Shown in pieces: positions 1 through 14,099 of a DNA stretch of 64,000 nucleotides. Position numbers and translations under genes: made by a program. The notes beneath the pieces are model-generated. The model had not been told where the DNA came from. It worked only from the letters and a program-made list of their open reading frames with translations, and did not search any database. Origin of the DNA: Lama guanicoe (Eukaryota); NCBI GenBank assembly GCA_013239625.1, contig MU054049.1:383015-447014 (forward strand), in the 5' to 3' direction. Numbering within the stretch: position 1 is the stretch's first letter; every line of letters starts with the position of its first letter.

Positions 1-600
1 AGCCCAAAAAGAAAAGACTGGCATGTCTGACCACAAAAATTAGCCATTTCTTTTTAGTAAATGTGTGCACACATATGTAATACAAAAACAAACTGGAAAA
101 TTTTACCAAATAGAACACATACCAAAGGGTAATTTATTCATTACATAAAGAGTTATTAATTGATAAGAAAACAGATAGGAAATTGAGCAAAGAATTAGAA
201 TTAAAAGCATATGGAAAGCTACTTGTTTGTTCTCAAATAAAGACATGCCAATTAGATCATCAATAAGAAATCATTTGTCATTTAAAAGATGAGCAAAGAT
301 CCAAAAATTTGATAACACAAAATACTGGTTGTCTTTCCAGGAATTTGTTCTAAAGAACATTCACACATACGCACATGCACGTGAAGAGGGGTGATTCTTA
401 CTCGTAATAGCAAAGACTAGAATAACCTAAAGGTCCATCGTAGGGGACTATTTAAAGAAAAGGCCTTTATTCATATAATTAACTACCATGCAATACTTAC
501 AATAAGATACAGCTATATGCACTGATAATACACTTGGAAATTACTTATGTGGAATTTTTTTAATAAAAAGAAAAGAAAGGGTCAAATAGTGAGTAAAGTA
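1..600 (+). mobile_element. Old L1 (L1ME-like) 3' fragment
   Basis: Degenerate ORF2-end/3'UTR motifs such as gtaatagcaaagactagaataacctaaaggtccatc. Confidence 0.6.
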
Positions 601-876
601 CATGCCAGTATTTCTGGAAGTTTATATGACAAACTTTATAGTGGAAAGGGGGCCTTGCGAGTCAGGGGAGAAAAAGAGAGAGACTTTGTTTTATAACCTT
701 TTATGCTATTTGATTCTTTTACTATGTACACCTACTACTTTTAAAACAAATTTAATATTTAAAAATAAAAACAACCGACTCAATCTGAAAAAAAGAAAAA
801 AAAAAGAGAAATCTTCTGGATGGTGATGCGGAAAAAGAAATCACATACAGACTTTTGTTAAGACCAAAATATTTAC

Positions 877-1024
877 CATAAATTCCTGGATGATTTCAAA
901 TTCTGATGCTTGTCTCTCAAGCATTTTAAAATAATCCTTCATGGTTGAATTCTCATGAATACTGAATGTTAATGGTCTAACCAGATCAAATGAGCTAGCT
1001 CCATTTCAGAAATAATTTCCGTAT
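877..1024 (-). pseudogene. Exon remnant YGNYF*NGASSFDLVRPLTFSIHENSTMKDYFKMLERQASEFEIIQEFM
   Basis: Acceptor ttttctctttcttag|A, donor ATG|gtaaat, 148 nt, one in-frame TGA at 1006-1008. Confidence 0.6.
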
Positions 1025-2379
1025 CTAAGAAAGAGAAAATTTCACGTTTCTAAGTTATTATATATATAGATAGGTATCTATATATAATATATAATAATAT
1101 TTATATAGATTTTATTTTTATTGTTGTTGTTGTTTTCTCTTAAGTAAAAACACAGCCACTTAAGAATTAACGGAAGTTTATTTTTCCTGAGGTGCATAGT
1201 CTATTACTTTTAAAGGAAGGATCCTTGTTTTAGGAAAATTATGACTGTGTACCATGAAATTACACAAACTCCACTGTTCTTGGAGAAAACTGTTAAGTGT
1301 TATAAATATAACAGATGAAGTAGACTGAGAAGTGTTCTGCTTTATAATGTGATTAAGTATATGCACTGACAACTATGCCAAGACAAACATATGTAAGACT
1401 TGGATGGGAAAGACACAACTTTTGTCCTCCCTGGGACCAAAGATTTGGAAGTCCCTGGAGTCTGAGGACGTGGAGAGTCTAACACACCTCTAAGTGTAAA
1501 ACAGATCAAGCATGCACATGTGCACACAAACACACATCGCACACATACATACACATGCATACACACACACCCCTACCCCAAGGATTGAGAGGCTCTATGT
1601 GATGCAATTAATAACACTAAAATATGTATTATATATAAGTAATTATACATTATAATATTGTATATATTACAAATATATATATTGTATTATGTATGTAAAT
1701 ATATATTATATAGTTATACATTTATAACCAATAATAACAGAGGACAATACATTCTATTTAATAGTACATATGGGAATTTTATTTTAAATAATGATCTTTT
1801 AGGTCATGTTGATAGTCTAGATTCTAAATGTCTAAAAGTTTCCAGATCATGTACACTGGCCAAAATGCAATAAATCTAGTAAGTCAATATTAAAAGAATA
1901 TTTTAAAGATAAGAATTTTGAGGTAGAATGCTCAAGCGAAATCTCTTTCCAAAGCCAAATAATAAGAACAAAAATCAAGTAAATATCAGCAAAAAAATAC
2001 ACAAGAAGCAATTAAGAAAAAGAACAAGCATAAAAACAAGACAGAAGTTTCTAAGAATATGCACTACCCTAGGAAACTCATCTCATCTTGAAAGCCTACT
2101 ATACTCGAAAGCTCCCTCTAGGGGTGGAAGTTAGGGACTATTGGTTGGGAAAGACAGTCACAGAAACCCTAAAATTGCTCACAGACTTAGGATGAGAAGA
2201 GGTCTAGGAAGCCCAAAAGAGGAGACAAAATTCTTACAAGAGCAGAAGTCATTTTAATCATCTTTGATACCCAGGAGAAACACCCATACAGCTTACCATC
2301 GTGTTCTAGCCTTGCTGGAAAAAAGCCCAGAGAAGGCAGAGAGGAAAGAAGAGAAAAGGCAGAATGACTACAATGGACA

Positions 2380-3370
2380 ATGTAGCTGACCTCTGAAGCT
2401 GATTCTACCCTGATGGTTCGTTAAAGCCATTTCTAACCATTCCATGGTAATTCTCTTACCAATGAATAATTTAGTAATAGGGAGGTGATTTGGGTCAACT
2501 GGAAGCAAAGAGGTTATTCAAGGCTTGTAGGCAAGAGAAGCAAGCCTCTCTCTGACCTCTATCCCTTACCCATATGGAAACACAGAGGCAAAAGGTCCCA
2601 ATTACCACATGCAGCCCTATTGTGGCCATAGAAGGAGTAAGCTGAGTATAGCAAATATGAAAAAGAATCATAAAGAACCTATGTTCTTGATGACATCACT
2701 GAGCAATTTATCATATTGAACCTGGAATTCTTCCTAAATCTGGACCTCCATTATTGTAGAAGATAGGTTTCTTATTTTTAACATCATTTTCCATTTGGTT
2801 TCTTTTGTTTGCAGCCTGGTCCAAGAATTTCAATCAAGGTGTTACAGGTCAGACTTCAGTTACAGATACTGGCAATAATTATATAATGGATTTTCACAGA
2901 AAGTCAGTTTACAGAAAGGGATTTTTATCTACCTATTTGGTGAAGACGAGGGGCTTCCCCCGTTATGATCCAAAACTAACACAGCAGAATGGTCTGTCAA
3001 GAAAACTGCAAGCTTTGCCACAGTGAAGAATCTGAGGGATCTGGACACCACTGCTGGCAACTGAGTGACACTACCTTAGCAACCATGGGGGAATTAGAAG
3101 TCACCACCACAGCTGCTGGCTCTAGGAATGTACCATCTTAGCTATACTGAGGCACCAGCAATGCCATGCCTGCTGTGGTATGTACCAGCAACATGGCTGC
3201 TTCTCTACACATTTAAGACTTGGCTAAGTATATATGACTGATCAAATTCACAATAGCTACCAGGATGTCTGGGAAATGTAATTTTTAGTTTTCTTCTGCC
3301 TGGATCACACAGGAAGGTACACTAAGAGGGAGGTGTGATCCATGTTGGGTAAACTGATCTATAATTTCTG
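2380..3370. mobile_element. Ancient MaLR (MLT1-type) LTR remnants
   Basis: LTR-end-like tttgtttgcagcc at about 2810 and gctaccaggatgtctgggaaatgta at about 3260. Confidence 0.4.
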
Positions 3371-5129
3371 TCACACAAAAATTCATCCACCCCTTTTGAG
3401 CTTTCTGCTTCTTTCCTCCTAATCTTCAGCACACTTGCCATTGTCCTCAAAAAAATCTAGCTCTCAAAGTGCAGCTTATAGTGGGAGATGACTAGACTCA
3501 AATCAAATGGAATGAGAGACAGAAGAATTCATTCATGCTCAGTCAGCAAAATCAAAGAGATGCAGATTTATATATGTTAGTGAACAAGATGGAAATATGA
3601 GTAATGCAATATGTCATGCAAAAATAATTGTTTTAATCCATTCTGAATGGAACATAACCTAAACTGTAAATCCATCATCTAACGGCAGAAGTAGTAAGAA
3701 TGTGAATTATTTTAAATAAGAGCTCAAAATGAGATAAAACAACAGAATGAGGTGGGAAATAAATTTATAGACCTAAGAAAATTAATTAAAGGCCAAAAAT
3801 ACATGATTATAAAACTCATAATTAAATCACTGTAGAAAACAAAGTAGATAGGTGAAAATGAACTTGTTCATACGAAAAAGATGTGTATATAAACTAATGA
3901 AGAGAAGAGGCAAAAACAAAAGATAATGTATAAAAGGCCCTCATCAGAAGCTCAGGACAAATACTGGAGACAAGGTGAGGAACTCAAGAAACCCTCCCTT
4001 ATGATGCAGGCTTGGAGAGGGGGGCAGCAGCTTTTGCAGGAAAGGCATGAAGCTTCACACAATCCCCCCCAAAGGATCAAAAAAATAAGAAGTTGGGGAA
4101 AGGGTAGCAAACCATATTAGCCTCAAAGCACAGATTAAGACCCACTAACATTGGAGATACAGAGGGGAGGAAAGCATCTGGGGCTGAGATGATAATATAT
4201 CCCCTTCCTGAAGGTAACTGAGAAGGCACTATCCCTAAGACCCAAGGACACTGCATCTGCCTAAGACTGAGGTTGAACAAGGACCACAGAGAATGCTACT
4301 CCTCCACAACGAGGTTAGCAAGCAACAGAATTTCAAATAAGAGCACTCTCTCACTGGGGAATGTACAAAATCATGGATAGAAAACTTCTCTGAACTGCAG
4401 GACTATCAGGAGACCTAAAGCAGAGGACAGAGTATACAATAAAGTAAACTCTCTGGCATGCCGTTTTCTATCCCAAGCGCAGGTAACCATACATGAATTT
4501 GAGGCTGGTGGTGCACTGAGAGCAATCACAGGAACATCAAAACCCAAACTGCTCAATTTCTGACTAAACTGACTCAACTCCTTACACTAAATGCTTACTA
4601 AAGAAAGAGGCATGTCCTTTCTTATTCACCTCAGTCTCTAGGACATGAGATATCCAGGTTTCAACAACAACAACAAAAAATTGTATGGCACACAAAGAAG
4701 CAAGAAAAAGAAAAAATAAATAAAACTGCCAAGAGACAAAGTAGTCAACAGAATCAGACAGATATACGATAAAAATGTTAAAACTTTTACCAGACATCAA
4801 ATTTAAACTAAGCTTAATGCTGAGCTTTAGTGGAAAAAGTAGACAACATGCATGAACAAATTAGGCATTTCATCAGAGATATGGAAACCATAAGAACTGA
4901 GCAGAAATGCTAAAGATAAACAAATATTACAATAGAAAAAATAATGCCATCAATAGGCTTGATATAGGCAAGTGGGGAAAAAAATTCAGTGAACTTCAAA
5001 ATAGGTCAATAGGCATTACCCAAGCTGAAAGAGAAAAGAGTGGCTGGGGAAGGGCACAGAAAAATCCATCCAGTAACTAAAGGCCATTATCAAGCAGACT
5101 AATATTCTTGTAACTGGAATTCCAAAATA

Positions 5130-5190
5130 GAAGAGAGAGAGAGAGAGAGAGAAAGTAGGGAGAGAGAGAGAAAGAGAAAGAGAGACAGAG
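5130..5190 (+). repeat. (GA)n microsatellite inside L1
   Basis: Direct reading. Confidence 0.9.
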
Positions 5191-5927
5191 TTGGGAAAGA
5201 GAGAACTGGGCAGAAGAATTATTTGAAATGATAATGGTTGGGAATTTTCCAAAATGAATGAAGGACACCAAGTCTCAGATCCAAAAGCTCACCATTAACC
5301 ATACAAGTCAGAAGATAACCCAGAATCCTATAACTAATAAAAAATATCTTTCAGAAAAAAAATGAAGCAGAAATAAACACTTTTACAAACAAAAACTGAG
5401 AGATTTCATTACCAGCAAATTTACACTACAAGAAATGTTCAAGGAAGCTCTTCAAGCAGAAAAAATGTATTACAGAATTAAAAAATTTGATCTATGCAAA
5501 GAAATGAAGAGTTCTAAAAATTCCATCAATGTAGTTGGATAAAATTTTTTTTTCTTAATTTTCACTTCTCTAGAGGATAACTGGCTATCTAAAACAAAAA
5601 TAGTAAATATGTATTTTGTGATTATTGTTATGTAAAATTAAAATGTTTGACAACAATTGCACAAAAGATGGATGGGAGAAATTAAGATGACATTATTTTA
5701 AGGTCGTTACACCACACATGAACTGACATAGTGTTATGTGAAGATAGAAAAGAAAGACTATGAGAAATTAAAGATGTATATTGTAAATCCTAGGGTTTCC
5801 AAGAAAACATTTTGAAAAAGATATAAATAATAAGCAAAATGGGAAGATAAAAAGGAATCAGAGAATAACCCAAGAGAAGGAAGAAAAATAGGAAAAGGAT
5901 TAAGAGTAGAAAGAATAAAAAGAAAAT

Positions 5928-6066
5928 GGTAAAATGCATACCTAGCATGCATGAAGTCCTTGGGTTCAATCCCCAGTACCTCCATTAAAAATAAACAAAT
6001 AAATATATACGTACAATAAATCTAATTACCTCCCCACCCCCAAAACAAAACAAAACAAAACAAACA
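5928..6066 (+). mobile_element. 5'-truncated tRNA-derived SINE (Vic-1-like)
   Basis: B-box gggttcaatcccc, taattacctcccc tail, (CAAAA)n, and TSD aaaaagaaaat at 5917-5927 and 6067-6077. Confidence 0.8.
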
Positions 6067-6292
6067 AAAAAGAAAATAATGAGCAAGAGAGTAGAGTTAA
6101 ATCTAAGATGGTAGATACAAATAAAAGCAGCCTAAATGCACCAATTAAAAGACAGAGATTGGAGATTTGATGAAAAAGCAAGGCCCAACCATACAATGCC
6201 CACAAGAAACCAATTTAAATACTATAACATAGGCAAGGTAAAGTTAAAGGGTGGAAAAATATTCACTATGGGAACCCTAATCAAAAGAAAGT

Positions 6293-6516
6293 AACTGGGA
6301 TTGCAAAATGTAGAAGAGATAAACAAGATTATACTGTATAGCACAGTGGAATATATACAAGATCTTATGGTAGCTCACAGAGAAAAAGAATGTGACAATG
6401 AATACATACATGTTCATGTATAACTGAAAAATTGTGATCTACACTGGAATTTGACACAACATTCTAAAATTATTATAAATCAATAAAAAATGTTAAAAAA
6501 ATTAAATAAAATTAAA
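6293..6516 (+). mobile_element. Young lineage-specific L1 3' end inserted in an older L1
   Basis: tactgtatagcacag...acaacattctaaa...aataaaaaa with A tail; TSD aaaagaaagt at 6283-6292 and 6517-6526. Confidence 0.85.
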
Positions 6517-6611
6517 AAAAGAAAGTGAAGTGGTTTATTAATATCAGAGAATATGTCAACAATAAAACAGACGCCAGACCAAGAACATTATCAGGGATAA
6601 AAAGCTCATTA

Positions 6612-6930
6612 CTGGGGAGAAGGAAAGTGGAAGTAAGAGGATTTTCAAGGCTGTGAAACTACTGTTTGATACTATAATGGTGGATACATGTCATACATTT
6701 TGTCCAAACCCACAGAATGTACACCACCAACAGTAAACTATGGGCTTCAGGTGATGATGTGTCAACACAGTTTCACCCACCGTCACAAATTTACCCATCC
6801 TAGGAGGATATCAGTAATAAGGAAAGGCTATACATGTGTAGAGGCAGGGAGTATATAAGAAATCTCTGTACCTTCTGCTCAATTTTACTGTCAAACTAAA
6901 CTTCCAAAAACATCTATTTAAAAAAAATTG
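6612..6930 (+). mobile_element. L1MC1/2-like 3' end
   Basis: ataatggtggatacatgtcat...aaatctctgtaccttctgctcaatttt motifs followed by an A run. Confidence 0.75.
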
Positions 6931-8895
6931 CCCAGGGGTCAATTCACAGAAAAGACATAACACTACTAAACGTATTTGTACCCAACAGAATCTCAAACTA
7001 CATAAAGTAAAATCTAATTAGTACTGAAAGGAGAAACAGGAAAATTCACAATTACAATTGAAGACTTCAGTACTCTGAACTCAGGAATCAATGGAACAAG
7101 CACAGAGAAAATTGGTAGGGACACAAAAGGAATGAAAAAGAACTTAACCTAACTGACTTTTATAAAACACTCCCTCCAGGAAACTCTCTCCTTAGTAGAC
7201 TTGTCAAAAACATAAGGCAGAGTTTGAACAGCATAGAGAGGGGAAGCTGCATCACTGGCAAAGCCCCACCACCTAGATCCAGGGATAGAGGACCTGTCAG
7301 GCTGACACTGGGCTATGATGACAAGCAACTGAGGGCAAGGGTAGGGAGATGACTCCTTCTGAGGCACAGGCATACAGGGAGGGTCTAAAGCTAAGAATGG
7401 AATAGAAATGGGAAGAGAAATTCTGGAACATTCCAGTTACTACCCTAAGTACAAGTTAAATCTTGAGGAATTTTAAGTCAATAGTTAACCATGGTTTCAA
7501 AATCCAGCTCATGCCCTAAACACGCTGAGTCAGTGACCAAATGACCTAGCAGAGGAACAGACATGACTATTTCCAGGCATAAATTCTATTTACCTCAGTC
7601 TCTACTTTTCTACACCTAACACCAACACTCTCAAAATTTCTGAGACACACAAAGCAGCAGCAGCAACAGAAACAAAAATCACTGTCAAAAAAAAAAGTAA
7701 TCAACAGAAAAAAAACTCAGAAATGAGAATTATCAGAGAGGATATTTGAAATAACTATAGTTAATGTGTTTCAGTCTTTGTGGGATAGGTGGACAAAATG
7801 CATGAACACATACGGTATCTGACTGGAGATGAAAACTGTAAGATAAAGTCAAATGGAAGTGTTAACAATAAAAAAAAAGACTGTAAAAGAGCTAAAGAAT
7901 GCCTTCAATAAACTCATTAGTAAAGTCAACACAAGGGAGGAAAGAGTAAGTAAGCTTGAAGATGGGTTGATAAAAATTACCTAAACAGAAACACAAAGAG
8001 AAAAAAAGTAAAAAGCATATTGGTACAGCTTCTTTGGAAAAGAAAACAGTTTGTCATTTATACACTTATGACTCACAAATTCCACTCTTAGACTAAAGAA
8101 ATGGAAACAGGTTTACACAAAACCAGTATGTGAATGTTCGCAGTGCTTTTATCCATAATTGCTACATCTGGCAACAACCCAAATGTCCTTCAGCTGGTTA
8201 ATGGATAAACAAATTGATGTAGCCATTTATTTTTTAATTCAACAAAAATTAAAAAGTAAATAAGTAAATGCAATGGTGTGGATGAATATCAATAACTTGA
8301 CACTGAGTGAAAGAACTTGGACTCGAAATGCAATGTATTTGTGATTCCATCTATATGAATGAGACTTCAAAAAATACAACAGTAAAGAGAATGAAAACAG
8401 ATTCCTGGTTGCAGGTGTTGGTGGTGGGGTTAGGGGTTGACTACAAAAGAGCACAAGAGAAATTTGAGGGGTGAAGGAAATGTACTATATCTAGATCATG
8501 GTGGTAGACCTTCGTCTAACTTTATAGAACTGTATGCTAACCTGGTAAATTTTGTCATATATAATTTTCAAAGTATTTTCTTGTAAACTATTTTTGTGTG
8601 AGACTGGTACTTTAATAACCATATAGTATAATATTGCCTTAATTAGGTTTGACATTCCTCAAACTAAAAAGTCATTAGAGAAGATGATTCTGCCACTTGA
8701 TGAGAGGCTGACAGGTGATCTGTAAGATCTTCTCTAAAGGTTTCTGAGATACGTTGTGATTCTTCAACCTCATACACTGTAATTATGTATTTTTTCTCCA
8801 TGGTTATATTTATATCATATACAACTATAAATAACATATTCATAGAAAAAAATTTGAATACTTTTCAGTATTATGATTTATCCTATTATACATAC

Positions 8896-8954
8896 CTGTA
8901 TTTTCTTTTTCCCACATGTGATAATATATCATCCAAAAAAAGTCATTATTTTAT
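8896..8954 (-). pseudogene. Exon remnant with dead acceptor; frame uncertain
   Basis: Strong donor CAG|gtatgt; acceptor position reads tactttctaa. Reads KIMTFLDDILSHVGKRKY if one T of a T7 run is removed. A 71-bp gap separates it from another AG-bounded segment starting at 8824. Confidence 0.4.
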
Positions 8955-9949
8955 TTAGAAAGTATATAGTGTACAACAAATTAAAATTAAGAAAATGAGG
9001 AAGCAGGTCACATCCAAGACTAAACACATTGCTAATCCCTAGTTTCAGAAATACAAATAGCTCATTTTATTAAATTGATATGTTTGCTATACTAAAATAT
9101 TTAAGGATGGAGTGGAAATGTGCCCTTTATGAATGTGAGGTGTGGAGCATTTTCTTCATTTTTAAAGGAAAACCCTAGAGAACCACGTTTTCCTCATTTG
9201 AAAAAGTTTTTCCTAGCTCTTTCCTGCATTTATATTAGAAACTTCTTTGCACATACCTCTGAAATAAAGCTTCTTCAAGAATCTGCCAGTAAAAGGGGAT
9301 GAGGTCAGACCCTGAGACGTAGGGGAGTCAGTCTGGGAAGGCCCTGCGAGCCCCTCCTCACTGCTGGACTTGTCTTTTAGGAAGGAGCCACTGGTCATCA
9401 ACAAGCTGGGGTCACTGTCACTAGAACAGAAATTTGTATTTATATTTAAATTTATATTTCAGAGAATGTATATATTTAAGAAAGAATCTCTTATAATCCA
9501 TATTAGTTATTCAACTGACATTCACTGCTATTTCAGTCCAGCTACCCACTTCCATTGTCAGCCCCTGGAACTGGCCCACTTTCAGAGAGAATTCCTAAAT
9601 CTCAACGTCTGATCACAAACTCCATCCATCTCCTCTCGCTCTCACCTGGCTTGCCAACTAGTCAACTTTGGATCGATCCACCTATTCACCTTTTTTCCTC
9701 CTTTAACCAGGCTGTGGTAGAAGAAAAGTACTGTGGTCACTGAGGTTTGTAGTGTCAGCAGAGAGCCATCTGGAAAACACCAGTATGTCTCTATCCTGTT
9801 TCCTCTTTCATTCCTAATTTTCAAACTACCACTGTCATGTAGTTTCCATCTTAATTCTCTGCTTTAGGAAAAATGTAGCCCCTTCTATAAAATCTAAGCC
9901 AGAAAGCAAGAACTCTTTCAACTTACTCTCTTTTAAAATGTAACTTGGA

Positions 9950-11320
9950 AGGATCAGCATTCTTCATTACTCCTTACCTTCTCCATGTTCAGAATTAATC
10001 CTTCTGTGTTCTCAGCTCTTATGCTTTCTGTCTCCTCTGAGACATTTTTCTACAATGATCTTTCCTTATATATATAGATATATACAAAATTAATCTCTGT
10101 CTACAAATTCTTCCATTTTATAAGAATACTTGATTCTCTCTCACCTTAAAAACAAACCCTTTAGTCTTTCTTCTCCATCTAACTACTGCTCCATACGCTC
10201 CAACAGATTTCTCAAATACTAGCCCACGTTCACTTTCTGTTTCCTTTCCAACTTCTCACTATTCAATTTTACTCACTTATGCTACCTGCTTGGCTGTCTT
10301 CGCATTTTCATTTGCAACCCCACTTAGCAAAAGCCTCCTAATTTGATTTCTGAATCTAATCTCCAATATCTAGAGAAAATTCTCCCTAAAACTCAAATTT
10401 AATTGTTACACCTGCCCATCAACCTCAGGGTAAACCCAGGCTCCTTACTGGACTCATAAATTGAGGATGCTGGTAATGTGGCCCCTGCCTGCTTTTCATC
10501 CTCGTCTCTACTCACTTCCTTTATGCACTTTCTGCCTCAGCCTTAGCAAAGTAACAGCCTTTTCCTTTTGCTTCTGCAGGTAATTTCAGGCTTCTTACTC
10601 CTTTCTCCGTCTCAATTTTTCTTGGATTACTGTCAACATCTACCTGTTCTCCATTTCCTGCCAGCTCTCTTTCACCTTGCTACCAGCATTCCTCCTTCTA
10701 GATGGATAGATGATAGACAGATGACTGATAGGTAGTCAGATGCATGAATAAAACAAAAGACTTGTCTGCGCTTCATTTTCATTCTAACAGACTGAATAAA
10801 ATATGTACTCCTTGGTTTCATGCATACTGAGTTCCATCATACTCTGGCCCACATTGTATTTTCTGTTCTACGTCTCATCTTCTCAAGCTTCCCTGAACTC
10901 CAATTCACACACACCCTACAATTCTTGACACATAACATTACTCACCATGAATTAGGTATTTTCACAGCTCCTTACCTTTACTCAAACTTCTTCCCCCAGC
11001 TTGAAATTTTCTTCTGTCCCTTTTTACCTGCTGAATTTCTAATTATTTGAGATACTAAATCCAACCAAAGTACTCTCTCCTTGCATAGTTCTCTGTCTCC
11101 TGTACCCACAATCCTTGGACCTTGATTCTATAATAATATTTACTACACTGCATTTAAATTTGTCTTTTACATGTCTGTTTCCCCAGCTAAACCGTAAACT
11201 AAAGGACAGGAACTATGTACTATTTTATATTTGTATATAGTGCTTAGAAAATAATTAGCACCTACTAATTAGCATATATTAGCAGCACATAATATTATCT
11301 CAAATGCCTTTTGAATTAGT
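9950..11320 (+). mobile_element. L2 fragments
   Basis: Pyrimidine-rich body and a 3'-end-like aaggacaggaactatgt...ctcaaatgcctttgaat. Confidence 0.55.
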
Positions 11321-11449
11321 ATTATTTGTTCATTTAACTTCTGGAAATTGTTTACACAAGATGTACACTATACGCGTTACTATTTCAGTGACTGTAGCCA
11401 GTACTTTTAAATCTCTAAGAAAATATGGCTCAATAAAATGTTTTCTTAC

Positions 11450-11615
11450 TTGATATATTTTTGGATTTGAACATTTTATAATTCATGAAAAGTTGCTGTT
11501 CCTTTTGTTTTTCTAATGGAAATTTACTTTTCTCCTGGTTCTTTACATTTTTTTCATATATAGTACCAAGAGTTCACCATGCTAATAGTCCTGTTTCTAG
11601 CATGTTATTTTCTTT
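11450..11615 (-). pseudogene. Exon remnant KENNMLETGLLAW*TLGTIYEKNVKNQEKSKFPLEKQKEQQLFMNYKMFKSKNIS
   Basis: Acceptor tctgtttctag|AAA, donor CAA|gtaaga. Phase-0 entry matches the exit of 11951-12072. TGA at 11574-11576. Confidence 0.6.
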
Positions 11616-11950
11616 CTAGAAACAGATATAATTTCTCATAAAATTAAGTTGGGCTTTGAGCTTTACTTTAAGTACACTGCTCCCTCCAAGAGCTCCAAAG
11701 ACTTTATTTACAAAGGCTTTGGAACTAGGTAATTCTTGAGATGATAGAGAAATTTAATTCTTTAGGAATATCTTTCTCTTGAATTAATACCATACTTATT
11801 AGATCATAAATACATCCTATTTCTAGACAAATCAGGTTGCACTTACTACAAAGAACTGTATTTTTAAAACTTATCAAACATTTGAGGGCCATTATTCACT
11901 GTCTCCACTCAAGAGAGCTAGCTATGCATATGAATAAGCAGAAAACTCAC

Positions 11951-12072
11951 TAAATAAGCATATTAGTTATACCATTCTGTGTCCTCTTTAAAATGATCCT
12001 CAAAATCATCATTTTGTTGAAAATCCCAAAGAAAGACTTTCACCTTCTCTGAGTTAACTTCACTTTCCAAAA
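11951..12072 (-). pseudogene. Exon remnant LESEVNSEKVKVFLWDFQQNDDFEDHFKEDTEWYN*YAYL
   Basis: Acceptor ttttttcctttcttatgcctgtag, donor TTA|gtgagt, one TAA at 11963-11965. Confidence 0.65.
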
Positions 12073-12510
12073 CTACAGGCATAAGAAAGGAAAAAATTAT
12101 GGCTATAATTTTAGGAATACATAGTTTAAAAGAAAATGTTTCCTATAGCTTCCTAAGAAGAACAATAAGGTCTTCAATTATAGAATTAAAACCACAATCA
12201 CAGTGTGATTTCTACTCCTAGAAAATCACTTGAAATGTACATCTGCCTATTAAATATTTTCCTGTCCATCAAAAGCATTGAGTACTATGCACATATAAAT
12301 GATTTCTAGTGAATCACCCAAGTTATTTTCTAAAAGTTCATAAAAATAAGCCTCATTTTTCTTAAAAAAAAAAACAACAAAAACTGCAGTCCAGAGGAGA
12401 TTCTTATAACAAGTGCTATCACATTTAGTTTACTATTTGTATAAAATTCCTAGTACTATATTTATCTTTATTTTAGCACGTGTATAATCTAATCCAGTAA
12501 CTTTAAGTAC

Positions 12511-12601
12511 GTCTGTGCCACAAGAATTTGTACTGCCCGATGGACTTCATTAATTAGTCCGTTTTGTTGCCTTTGCGGCCTCCTGTACAGCACCTGGCCC
12601 G
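12511..12601 (-). pseudogene. Exon remnant GQVLYRRPQRQQNGLINEVHRAVQILVAQT
   Basis: Acceptor ttttgtttaccag; GC-richer patch that retains CpGs in AT-rich surroundings; open frame; weak donor AC|gtactt. Confidence 0.5.
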
Positions 12602-12679
12602 CTGGTAAACAAAATTGAATATAATTAAAGGGAAAAATAATACTAAAATAAAGATGCAGTAACCAATTTCTGCTTCAAT

Positions 12680-12990
12680 TAATACATTCATTTGACAGTT
12701 CTTTTCTGGGGGCCTCGTACGTGCAGATACAGTTCTAAGTGCTATGGATAAAACACTAAACAAGAGAGGCATGTGTTCTCTCCTTGTGGAGCATGTATAT
12801 TCTCATGGGGAGAGAGAAAATACACAAACAAGTAAAAATTACAGCTGGTGACAAGCGTTAATGCCATAACAGAATTTGATGATACCTAATCGCCACGTAC
12901 CTAAAAGACAGAAGGAAAGATTAGTCAAAGAGACAGGAGAGCATCCTGAGCAAAAGGAGCAGCAGGTCCAAAGTCCACCTGGCCTGCCAT
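12680..12990 (-). mobile_element. L2 3' end
   Basis: cattcatttgacag...gttctaagtgctatggata...ccttgtggagc motif. Confidence 0.65.
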
Positions 12991-14099
12991 GGTCTGGCGT
13001 CGGCCTAATCTCCCTCCCTCATCTCCCGCTTCTCTATTTCTCATGCAGCATCTCCAGCCATCCACTATGTTATGTCTTTTCATCTTTTTTCAAGTGTCTT
13101 CTGATTCTTATTTTGTGAAATTTATAAACCCTTTCCTCTCTTGTGAGTGTGTGTGTATGTGTATGTGTTTTGCTTAATTCCATGAAACTTCCTAGACCTG
13201 AATACATCTTATGGGCATATATACAGCCGTCATTCCAGAACACGGACCCGAGCACAATCAGTTTTAAAAACAAGCATATTAATGGAAAGATGTAAACAAC
13301 TACCTCGTATCCTATCAAGCACATACATAAAACATATAACTTATTATGTTTTTAGCCTAAATGAATAAGCACTGCCTAAAATATAAAATTAACTTACATT
13401 TTAGCAATAACTTGACCATTTTAGAAAATATTAAATTCCAGTGGATTAGGTAATTGCCATTTTGAATAATACATAAAACAAATTTTTAAAAAGTCCTTCC
13501 TTATAAAGGTAAAAAATACGTCAATTCTCATATAACTCTTTTAAGCTTCACTTTAAATATGTGGGGATTTCACTGACCTAGAATCAACTGCAGTGTAAAG
13601 TGTACCTTGCCCGTTCTGCTCAACCACCAACACGATCTTCATTCAATGGACATTCACAAGATCCAACAGACCACACCTGGCACCAGGGGAGCTTTGCAGA
13701 AGGACACAGGAAAGGAGCGACACCTGTCAGCAGAACAGCCTCAGGCTTGCCCTCTGACAGCATTCTAGTGTTACCTCAAGTGAAGGCAATGAAATGACAT
13801 GGGTGGGTCCCTGAGGCACCCTGACTTAGAAGTCTCAAGCTACACGAAAAGTATCTCTTGTAACAACCCAAGAGCCTAACCCCCGGAGATTGCAGCAAGG
13901 AGGTTCCTACATGCATTCTATCTGTACTTTCAACAAGACATTTAAAGTCCTAGTCATAACCCTTCCAGCCCAGGAGTCAGTTTTACCATAATCAGTGCTG
14001 CCTGATAACAGCTGACAGCCCGTCTTTTCAGGTTTCTAGAGAAACAGGGTGCTAGGGGGCCAACATAAGGTCATGTTCTCATTTCTTCTCTGACTTACA

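Larger units (their letters stand above)
3900..8570 (+). mobile_element. Nested cluster of old L1 pieces (5' region, ORF1, ORF2 endonuclease start, 3' ends)
   Basis: ORF1-like 4800-5500; cctaaatgcaccaattaaaagacagagatt at 6130; a second 5' region at about 7200-8010; 3' end at 8015-8570. Confidence 0.8.
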